From assembly GCF_009914755.1 (NCBI RefSeq), contig NC_060927.1: a stretch of 64,000 nucleotides of DNA; one strand, 5' to 3'. The stretch's first letter is position 1. Each line of letters begins with the position of its first letter. The stretch is from the human T2T-CHM13v2.0 reference genome, Homo sapiens. This document shows positions 30,042 to 40,834 of this stretch, one piece after another. The translations under genes were made by a program, and so were the position numbers. The notes beneath the pieces were generated by a model. That model saw only the letters and a list, made by a program, of their open reading frames with translations. It ran no database searches and had not been told where the DNA came from.

Positions 30042-30329
30042 ATATCATCCTCTTTCTTTTTTCTGGACCTTCTATCTGCTGGTACTTAAGATACTAAAAT
30101 GGACGGGAGAAAGAAAGCAAACCATGTTATGTCTTCTGCATTGGCCTGGTACACTCCGTTTGAAGGTTACTCGAAGCCAGCTTGCTTTTTGTCAAGAGAT
30201 TGCTTGATCTGGAGCCATATAGAAAATGGTGACATCTCCACCCCGTGACATATGGGCCAGTAAGGGTTTGCAAAGTTCCATTCTGCACACTTCTCTTCAT
30301 TCTAAGAACGAGTATTCATTCCATTTAAA

Positions 30330-32830
30330 CACATATTACCAGGAATTCAATCCAACCTCTCTTTTTACAGTCTACCTAGAATTACTATTATACTATTTAC
30401 ATACAATATGGAAACCTCACACATGTATGAATCTATTTACAAACTCCCTCTAAATTCAAGTTGTCATTGAAATTACATCTACCTGTATTATAAATCCCAT
30501 AAAAATGATGCTATAGTTTTTACTTAAACAAACATACATATTCTTAAAACATTAGGAGGAAAAAATTGATTTTTATATTTATCTTACTATTTATGATTTC
30601 TTTATTTTTACATAAGGATCTGAGTTTTCATCTATTTTTTCTTGTCATCCCAAAGAACAAAGCATTTTTTACAGTGTAAGTTGGTCTGCTGGCAATAAAT
30701 ATTCTGTTTTTGTTTTTCTGAATGCAACTTTATTTTGACTCCGTTCCTGAAGTATGAGTATCTTTGGATATGGACTTCGGGATTGGATAGTCTTATCTCC
30801 TTACAGCACATTGAAGATATTGTTTCATTGTCTTCTTGCTTTCATAGTTTTTGAAGGTAGGTTGGCAGTATTTAGCAGTGCAGTTTCATGTATATAGTGT
30901 GTTGTTTTTCTCCGGCTATTTTCAAGATAGTGTCTTGGGTTTTCAGCAGTTTGATTACAATGTGCCTCAGCATCTTGAACGTGTACATTTATCTCTCACC
31001 AATTTTGGGAAGTGTGTGGGGCCACTGTTTCTTCAAATATTAGGTTGGCACAAAAGTAATTGTGGGTTTTGTAATGAAAAGTAATTGCAAAACCACGATT
31101 ACTTTTGCACCAACCTAATATTTTTATGACCCATTCTCTATCACCTTTCCTTCTGGGGAACCAATTACTCATATGTTAAAAGAATTATCCCATAGGAACC
31201 TGAGGCTCTGGTTGCTTTTTTTTTAATCCTTTTTAAAAATACAATCTCTGTTCTTCATAGAGAAAATCTATATTGATATTATCAAATTCACTGACTGCTT
31301 TGGTCTGCCTGTGTATGTATATTCCAAAGGTCAGCCAGAGATTTGAGCAGAATTTACACCAAAAATTTGTAATGCTCCTTTTCTGGCCCTCTTTTTAATG
31401 ACATTCCTCCCTTACTTTCCAGTAGCTGGGGTTGCTCCAAACTCTGTCCCCTGGTTCATAAGGCCAGAAAGACTGAGCTTCCTACAGGAGTTTCAGCCAC
31501 TCTGTGTGGCCCTACCTGTGGCTTGACCTCAGGATAATAGTCATAAGAAATTTAACCTATACTACTTCCAGGTGTCTTCAACCCCCTTCGAGAATCTTGC
31601 TGCCTTTGTTCATTCTTCAGATCCCTCAGAGAGTTTTGTTGTTGCTACTGTTTGTGTTTTGTGAGGGTTTACAGACTACATGGGAAGCAGAAATTGTTCT
31701 TTGGGATTTAACTTTTACAAAAATCACAAGCACTCATCTCATTTGTGGCAGTGAAAGTAATATTTACAACGTTAACGTTAAATAACATACCTTGCTACAG
31801 GTTTCCAGTAAATATCTTGTATTATGCTGCGTAAGCTCCTCCTATTTCTAGCTCATTAAATAAATATTATTTGCTTGTTGGTCTTATTTAACAGAAAAAA
31901 AAGGAGTCTCTATTTATTAATTCATTAGTTTTATTTTCCACAGATTGATTTTGTTACTCTCCTTTAATAATGAAAGTTCTCAGGGCTATTAATTTTCTGC
32001 TAAATACAGCTTTAGCCATTTAAAATATTGATACATAGAGTTCTTACTCTCCTAACAGTTTATTATATAGTTTCCTTTCCTGTTTGAATCTGGAGTTTTT
32101 AGAAAAAAATTTGGTTTTTGTTATCATTATTTCTCTTTTCCAAGCTACTGATTTTTGCATTTAAACTTTTGCTATTAATGTCTAGCTCTATTTCAGTGTA
32201 GGCAGAACATGGAGGCTGTTAACACTTTATATTTCATAATTTAATATGGTTTCTTTGAGATATAATATATGATCAATTTTTTTCTAAATGCTTCATGGCT
32301 CCTTAAAAAAGTGTATTGCTTATTTCTAGAGAACAAAATTTAATAAATATTTATTAAATCATCTTTGTTAGATTATTAAAATATTCTATCAATTCTGTGT
32401 TTATTTGACCCATGAAAGATCAATAAAAGTGTATTAAAGTGTCATACAACAATTCTACTTCCATCAATTTTTCCTTATATTTCTAACAGCCTTTGTTTCA
32501 TGTATTTTGAGGCTGTTACCAAGTCAATAAAAATTCAGAACTGCCTTATCTTCATTGTGAAGTCTATCTTAAAGAAAATATAACCTTCTTGATTGCATTT
32601 AATATTTTTATAGCCTTTGATTCTATTTCATCTAAATATTGCCAAGATTACTTTTTTTTTTAATTTCGCTTCTGCCTAATAAATCTTGTCCATTCTATTG
32701 TTCTTTCTTTTTTAATCTAATGAGTTACTTTGTTTTAGGTATATTTCTTCTCAGTACCCTACAGTTAGATTTTGCTTTTTAGCTGAAATATACAGTTGTT
32801 GTATTTTAATAGACTAGTTTAATAAACATT
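30330..32830 (-). mobile_element. Ancient L1M(E) fragments (ORF1/5' and ORF2 pieces)
   Basis: T-rich antisense L1 motifs homologous to the copies at ~10.9 kb and ~17.9 kb. Confidence 0.5.
31040..31118. mobile_element. MADE1 (Hsmar1-derived MITE), palindromic
   Basis: TTAGGTTGGCACAAAAGTAATTG...ATTACTTTTGCACCAACCTAA, 79 bp, TA on both sides. Confidence 0.95.
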
Positions 32831-33024
32831 TCACAATGAGATTCAGCTTTACACAATGCTTTCACATTTATATTTCCTCTTTTCAACATATCAGGTACAG
32901 GGGAAATGTCATTCCTATGTTATGCATAAGGAAATTCAAAGCCAGATAGGTTAGATGCATTTCCCAAGGTCATTCAGGTAATATATGGCAGTGGCAAGAC
33001 TTAACCAAAGGATGATAATACTAA

Positions 33025-33413
<389 letters not shown>

Positions 33414-33557
33414 ATGGTCAAATTATCTAATTTTTCTTCCACTGGGGGACTTTATACTATTTATTTTTATTGCCGTAAATGATATGTTTGTAACACTGTA
33501 ATCTTATTTCATGCTTTGTGTAGTTTATGCTTTACTCTTTTTTCTTTGTTTTATATA

Positions 33558-34243
33558 CTATTGGCCCTCCTTGTCTGTGGGTTCCACATCTGTGGATTCA
33601 ACCAATCATGGATTGAAAATGCTCAGTGATATGGTGTGGCTCTGTGTCCCCACCCAAATCTCATCTTGTAGCTCCCATAATTCCCTTGTGTTGTAGGAGG
33701 GACTTGGTGGAAGACAATTGAATCATGGGGGGTGGGTCTTTCTCATGCTGTTCTCCTGATAGTGAATAAGTCTCACAAGATCTGATGGTTTTAAAAACAG
33801 GAGTTTCCCTGCACAAGCTCTCTCTTTTTGCCTGCTGCCATCCACATAAGATGTGACTTGCTCCTCCTTGCCTTTCACCTTCTGCCATGATTGTGAGGCC
33901 TCCCCAGCCACGTGGAACTGCAAGTCAAATAAACGTCTTTGTTTGTGAATTGCCCAGTCTCAGGTATGTCTTTATCAGCAGCAGTAAAAAGGACTAATAC
34001 ACTCAGGAAAAAAAAATGGCATCTATACTGAATATGTACAGACATTTTATTGTCATTATTCCCTAAACAATACAACTATTTATATAGCATTTACACTGCA
34101 TTAGGTATTATAAGTAGTCTAGAGATAATTTAAAGTAGTCTGTAGGTTACATGCAAATATTATGCCATTTTATTCCAGGGACTTGAGCATCCACAAATTT
34201 TGGTATCTGGAAGCAATCCTTCACAGATACCAAGGGACGACAG
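33558..34243 (-). mobile_element. MER2 (Tigger-type MITE) split by a THE1 LTR
   Basis: MER2 termini (TTGGCCCTCC...GATACCAAGGGACGACAG-TA); internal sequence is continuous across the THE1 insertion. Confidence 0.8.
33627..34001 (+). mobile_element. THE1 (THE1A-like) MaLR solo LTR
   Basis: TGATATGG...GGACTAATACA; 5-bp TSD CTCAG at 33622-33626 and 34002-34006. Confidence 0.93.
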
Positions 34244-34679
34244 TACTTGGTGATTTAGATCAGGCTGCACATTCTTTTCTCTCTCCATTGGTTTGGAAGT
34301 CATGCATCCTACTTTTGTTTCTAATAGTGGCACCTGGTATATCAAAAAGAATATTAATATTTGTTGAACGAATACATTTTAAAACTTTCAAATATTTAGA
34401 ATATTTGAGTCTACCCCTAGAAAAATGAGAATTTGTCACAAATTTATTTCTGGACCTTGTAAATATGATCCTGGGTTTCTTATTGCTTAGTGTTAAATAT
34501 TAAGGTATTAAATATTTAATGCTTATTAAAGCATTATTTTGTGTGACATATTTTCTCTTTCAAAAGCATAGTTTTACATTTGCATTCAGTATTATAATTA
34601 AAGTTACAATCACTTAAATCTCACTTTTTGTTAACTTGGTTTAATTATTAACAACCAGCCACTTCTCTGTTACTGAATT

Positions 34680-35444
34680 CTTTTGTTGCTGTTGTGGTTG
34701 TTATTTAGTTTTTATTTCATAATCATAAACTTAACTCTGCAATCCAGCTAGGCATGGAAGGGAACAAGGAAAACATGGAACCCAAAGGGAACTGCAGTGA
34801 AAGCACAAAGATTCTAGGATACTGCGAGCAAATGGGGTGGAGGGGTGCTCCCCTGAGCAACAGAAGAAATGGTCTGGTGGTTAAGATAAAACACAAGTCA
34901 AACTTATTAGAGCTGTCCACAGTCAGCAATAGTGACCTTCTTGCTAGTCTTGCCATTCCTGAACACAAAGCGCTCCATGGCCTCCACAATATCCATGCCT
35001 TCTTTCACCCTGCCAAAGACCACTTGCTTGCCATCCAACCACTTGGTCTTGGCAGGGCACATGAAAAACTGGGAACCATTTGCGTTGGGTCCAGCATTTG
35101 CCATGGACAGGATGCCAGGACCTGTATGCTTCAGGATGAAGTTCTCGTCATCAAATTTCTCCCTGTAGATGGACTTGCTACCAGTGCCATTATGGCATGT
35201 GAAGTCACCACCCTGACATACAAACCCTGGAATAATTCTGTGAAAGCAGTAACCCTCATAATCAAATCCTTTTTCTCCAGTGCTCAGAGCATGAAAATTT
35301 TCTGCTGTCTTTGGAAGCTTGTCTGCAAACAGCTCGAAGGAGACGCAGCCCAAGGGCTCGCTATTGACAGCAATGTCGAAGAAAACAGTGGGGTTGACCA
35401 TAGCTGGTAATACGGGGCTCCCAGTGGCAGCACCATCTGTGAAG
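34680..35444 (-). pseudogene. PPIA: Processed (retrotransposed) copy of cyclophilin A mRNA; symbol refers to the parent gene, the PPIAP number cannot be determined here
   Basis: Intronless 5'UTR, CDS and 3'UTR ending AAATAAAAACTAAATAACAA with a decayed A tail; 16-bp TSD TCTCTGTTACTGAATT at 34664-34679 and 35445-35460; L1-endonuclease-type TT/AAAA site. Confidence 0.97.
34907..35401 (-). CDS. Uninterrupted 164-aa cyclophilin-A-like ORF of the retrocopy (expression unproven)
   Basis: [10 protein letters not shown]...TIADCGQL*; by my manual alignment to recalled human PPIA, 23 substitutions (~86% identity) and no indels or internal stops. Confidence 0.45.
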
Positions 35445-36042
35445 TCTCTGTTACTGAATTTTTAACTTCAATTTCTCTCTCAGTTACCTGGGCAGTGCTT
35501 CCTAAATGTTAGTATGTTTAAGAATCTCCTAGAGAGACTGTTAATGCACAGATTGCTACAGTTCATCCAGAGTCCTAACTGTTCTAAGCAGTAGGTTTTA
35601 TAGCAATATTTTGTACCATATAGTGTGGCCAAAAAAAAAATATCTGATTTTTTGCTCCTTTATAAGGCTAACTGTTTTGTTTGCCTGTGTGTGTGAAGGA
35701 TTTTTTTTACTTTATTCTTTAAAAAATTACCAAGTTGAAATGATATAAAACCCTTTTCATTAATGTTGCCTGGAGTACGGAAAGTCCCTTCAATTTTTGT
35801 TTTTTGGTATCGGGTTTTGTTTTTGTTTGTTCGTTGTGCTCCGAAGAGCTTTTATTAATCTTTCACTACTATTTGTGTTCTAATTGCTTCTGCCTCAAGA
35901 ACATCTGTGATTCTTACTTTGGTTCTGGGTGTTCAAATCTATGATCTCTATTTTCTATATTTTTAATCATCTCTTTTGTTATTTTAATTTTTATTGCACC
36001 TGTTCATTTCAACAGAAATTATCAATTTTTTTCCCCTCTTGA

Positions 36043-36347
36043 TTTTTTCTTTTTCTTCTTTTTTTTTTTCTTGAGACAGGGTCTCTGTCATCCAGGCTGG
36101 AGGGCAATGGCACAGCCACAGCTCACTGTAGCCTCCACCTCCCCAGGCTCAGGTGATCTACCCACCTCAGCCTCCTAAGTAGCTGGGACTGCAGGTGTGT
36201 GCCACCACACCTGGCTAATTTTTGCCTTTTTTGAAGTGACAGGTTTACATGTTGCCCAGGCTGGTCTCAAACTCCTGGGCTTGAGCAATCTGCCTGCATT
36301 GTCTCCCAAAGTGCTGAGATTACAGGCTTGAGGTACCACACCTGGCC
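36043..36347 (-). mobile_element. AluJ (Jo-like)
   Basis: Diverged Alu dimer with T-rich tail. Confidence 0.9.
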
Positions 36348-36958
36348 ATGAGTGTTTTTTAAATAGTGATTTCTTTTCAGCTTCCAACACAGACTTCAAT
36401 TGTGTTATGACATTCTGGTCTCTTTACAATATTTTCTTGACTAATCCATCTCCTTTTCCAAATAATCCTACTTTTTACAATCTAAACTTATTCTCTCATT
36501 TCACTTTCTGTTTCCTGATGCTGTTGAGGATGACAAAAAATCCCTTCAGATTTCTGTGACATATCATCTTGGGAGGTCAACATTTACTCTGAGTCTCTGA
36601 GATACTGTTCCCTTTTCCTTGTCCATAATGATTTCTTTTTACTTTAGTTTATCATGAAAGAGACCGTGTTTGCCAAGAAAAAGATGAAGATTGTCTTTAT
36701 GTGTCACTTAAACATAAATCTCTTACAGCTAAATGACATGTTGGTTTACAAAACTTATATCCTAATTTCCATCCTCTAGCAGGTTTTCCACCTAGCATAC
36801 CTGTTGGGATTGGCATAGACTCATCTTGTATCACTACCTGCATCTGTATTATGAAAAACAACAATCCCCAAGGCCCTCGTAGTTTCAGCATAGATATAGT
36901 GCTTTAACTGTGACAGATCCTGACAAACATATTTCCAAAAATATTACTGCCCTATTTA

Positions 36959-37456
36959 GTAAGCAGGATAATGGCCTTCCAAAGGTGTCTACATCCTAGT
37001 CCCTAAAATCTGTGAATGTGTTAGATTACATGGCAAAGGAAAATTAAGGTAGCAGATAGAATTAAGTTTGCTAATCGTCTGACCTTAAAACAGGGAGATT
37101 ATCCTCCAGTACCAGGGTGGGACCAATGTAATCACAAGGGTCATTAAATCTCAAAAACAGAAGTAGAATAGTCAGAGCAATGCAATAGGAAAAAGAGTTG
37201 ACTGGCCATTGCTGATATTGAAGATGAAAGGGGGCCACAAGCTAAGGAATGCAGGCAGCTTCTGGAAGGTAGGAAGGACAAGGAAACACATTTTCCCTTA
37301 GAGACCTCAGAAAGGAATTCAGCCTAACATCTTAGCCCACTAATATCCATCTATTTCAAACTTCTGACCTCCCAAACTGTAAAATAATAAATCTATGTCA
37401 TTTTGAACCTCAAAGTTTGTGTTAATTTATTACAGCAGCCACAGAAAACTAATATA
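36959..37456 (+). mobile_element. MLT1D-like MaLR LTR
   Basis: TACATGGCAAAGG...GGGAGATTATCC...AATGTAATCACAAGGGTC...ACAGAAAACTAATA motifs. Confidence 0.8.
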
Positions 37457-39013
37457 TGACCATTTATTTGAGTAACCACTATTTGCATTCTTCACATGCA
37501 TATGCAAAAGATGTCTTCATTAAAAGTGATGCTTCACAAAAGTACTTACATGCATAGTAATTCTTGTTCACTTTTCTGATTAGCGTTTGCATGTTTCTGA
37601 AGCAGGGGAAAGATAGCAGCCAAATGATTAAAGGTCTTCCCTCTGTTTGGCCACAGCATAAGGGAATCACCTGTTGAAATTGTTCATTCTAGTTCCACCA
37701 AACATCTCATTAGTAGAATTCTCTACAAGAATCAAGACTAGCTTGACTATAAAAACAAATTTTTAGTGGCAGCGACTTCTTTTTGGCATATATCTTCTTG
37801 AGTATTTTTATAGAAAGTTGAACCAGGTATAATAGAGGCTACTACTCCAATATGAATTTAATTTCATTCATTCTTCAATCCCTTCTTGGATAAGGTGCTG
37901 ATCCACCTAAGTCACTCCCTCATAAGTGAATGCAAACTTAAGAAATTATACCTTCATAAAATGGGCATATTTTTCTAACTGTAAAAATGTTTTCTTTAAA
38001 TAGGCATGACTATGGCCTGTCTATTTTAATTTCGTATAGCAGTAATTTCCCTTGGGGAAGGAGTAAAAGACAATATTTTTTAAAGTTTCTCTCTATCTAG
38101 ATAGGATGCTAGTAGAAGCAAGATTTCTATATGTTCTGATGTGACCAAGTAGATATTTCTCTACTCACCAGCCTCTGAAAATCCCTGTGTTTACCCAAGA
38201 TTTAACTAAAGAGGCTAAACTCGTGGGTAAATATTAAGAGGGAATTGACAAAGGCATATTAAGTCTAAGGAGTAGACTATACTTTTCTAAAATAAACACA
38301 TAATTACAGAGTTAACACAGCAGCACCTTCTGCCTTGTCAGTGCTGAAGGCCCCATGGCAGCCAGTACTCTTCACTTGACCTCGTCCTGCAAACTTTCTG
38401 TACAGCAGATAAAGGCCCAAAGTACACTATAGTTTAGTGAATAGCATAAACTCATTCATCTGTAAGTACTAGATATTACAACATCAGGCTTCTCACTGGT
38501 CCTACTATAAAAATAATTTTATGCTTGCACATTGGACACAATTGTTCTGGTGGCATAGCTCTTTAGCTACACCAGCACTGAATAGAAAGAGGCATCCTCT
38601 ACTATTAGTCTGCAACAGAACCCAGCATTTCCACCATTGCAAACATCAAACTGGATGAAGACTTTTTATTCCCAGCAGGATTAAGTCAAAACATAGATTG
38701 ACCTAGGAGAAGAAGCATTAGCCCTTGTCAAATAAGTATAATTACTTGATGACATTGGTTAGTAAAGCTGCAAAGAATACTGAGGAAATTAAACCAGCTA
38801 ATTTGGGAAAGACCAGAAAGGCAATATGAACACCATAAAAACATGGGTAAGGAACAGTAAGATGCTGACCTTTACTGTTTTCTCTGGGCATGATCCTGCC
38901 TGGCAGAGCTATGTTTAGGCTCCTCAGAAAACCCGATGCTCTCTTTGCATTACTAGCCAATGTGAAGCAACATTAAATAAAAAAAAAAAGAAAGGAAAGA
39001 AAGAAAGAAAACA

Positions 39014-39754
39014 ATCAGAGAAATGCAAATTAAAACCACAATGAGATATCACCTCACACCAGTTAGAATGGCGATCATTAAAAAGTCAGGAAACAATAGG
39101 TGCTGGAGAGGATGTGGAGAAATAGGAACACTTTTACATTGTTGGTGGGACTGTAAACTACTTCAACCATTGTGGAAGTCAGTGTGGCGATTCCTCAAGG
39201 ATCTAGAACTAGAAATACCATTTAACCCAGCCATCCCATTACTGGGTATATACCCAAAGGATTATAAATATTGCTGCTATAAAGACACATGCACACATAT
39301 GTTTATTGCGGCACTATTCACAATAGCAAAGACCTGGAACCAACCCAAATGTCCATCAATGATAGACTGGATTAAGAAAATATGGCACATATACACAATG
39401 GAATACTATGCAGCCATAAAAAAGGATGACTTCATGTCCTTTGTAGGGACATGGATGAAGCTGGAAACCATCATTCTCAGCAAACTATGGCAAGGACAAA
39501 AAACCAAACACCACATGTTCTCACTCACAGATGGGAACTGAACAATGAAAACACTTGGACACAAGAAGGGGAACATCACACACCGGGGCCTGTTGTGGGG
39601 TGTGGGGGTGGGAGGGATAGCATTAGGAGATATACCTAATGTAAATGACGGGTTAATGGGTGCAGCACACCAACATGGCACATGTATACATATGTAACAA
39701 ACCTGCACGTTGTGCACATGTACCCTAGAACTTAAAGTATAATAATAATAAAAA
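39014..39754 (+). mobile_element. L1PA5-like 3' fragment (5'-truncated, ~740 bp)
   Basis: Open ORF2 C-terminus (39023..39541, CWRGC...HCWWDC), 3'UTR and poly(A); TSD AAAGAAAAC(A/C)AT at 39004-39015 and 39755-39766. Confidence 0.93.
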
Positions 39755-39794
39755 AAAGAAAACCATTAAAACACTTTAGAAATATATAAAGGTA

Positions 39795-40112
<318 letters not shown>

Positions 40113-40129
40113 TCATTTGTATGAGAACT

Positions 40130-40605
40130 TATGAAATAGTGATTAAGAGAATGGGCTCCAAAGTCAAACTGTGAGGGTTCAGATGCTGGTCTTCCCCTTG
40201 TAGAAATGTTATGTAAATTATTTATGCTTCATTTCCTACATCTGTAAACTGGGGGATAATACTGTTACCTCACTGGCTGCTTTGGGAGGATCAGCTGTGA
40301 TAATTCATGCAAAGCTTGTAGCAGAGTGCCTAATCCCTAACAAGAGTTCAACATAATTGCTGCTGCTGCTAGGGAGAGGCTGCAAAGCATTCTGGGTAAG
40401 AACAGGGACGCTGGGACAAGATTGTAGAGGCTCTGCCATTGACAAGCTGTAATCTTGAGCAACGTATTTAACTTCTTTGTACCTCACTTCCCTCACCTAC
40501 AAAATGGAAGTAATAATAACCATTATGAGGGTTGTTGTGAGAATTAAAGAGTTAATATTTGTTAGGTGTTTAGACTAGTATCTGATACATGTCTGACAAA
40601 CTATT
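40130..40605 (+). mobile_element. Two MIR fragments
   Basis: MIR core motifs CATCTGTAAACTGGGGATAATA and CTCACCTACAAAATGGAAGTAATAATA...GTTGTTGTGAGAATTAAA. Confidence 0.7.
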
Positions 40606-40789
40606 CAGCTGTACATGAATGGTTTTAAAGCTGTGATTATGGAAAACCAAGGGCTTTGTACGGAGGAATGGAGATAAGGAGAGTGTGCAGCCCAGTCCCA
40701 CTCTGTATGCAAACAAAGTAATTCTAGCTCTTTTACATATTTAACTTTCAAGCAAGATTTTCTTTGAGTAAAGGGTAATGCTGCTTTAA

Positions 40790-40834
40790 AAGAAGAAAGG
40801 AAGGAAGGAAGGAAAGAAGGAAGGAAGGAAGGAA
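40790..40834. repeat. (GGAA)n microsatellite
   Basis: About 10 imperfect GGAA units. Confidence 0.9.

Noticed and set aside
34754-35410. 218-aa + strand ORF antisense to the PPIA retrocopy
   Set aside because: It is in codon register with the CypA ORF, so stops need sense TTA/CTA/TCA codons, which are rare in PPIA. This is a shadow ORF with no independent support.
38960-39012. AATAAA plus A/GAAA-rich run suggesting another retrocopy tail
   Set aside because: No recognisable parent sequence or TSD upstream; more simply an A-rich microsatellite that served as the L1 target.
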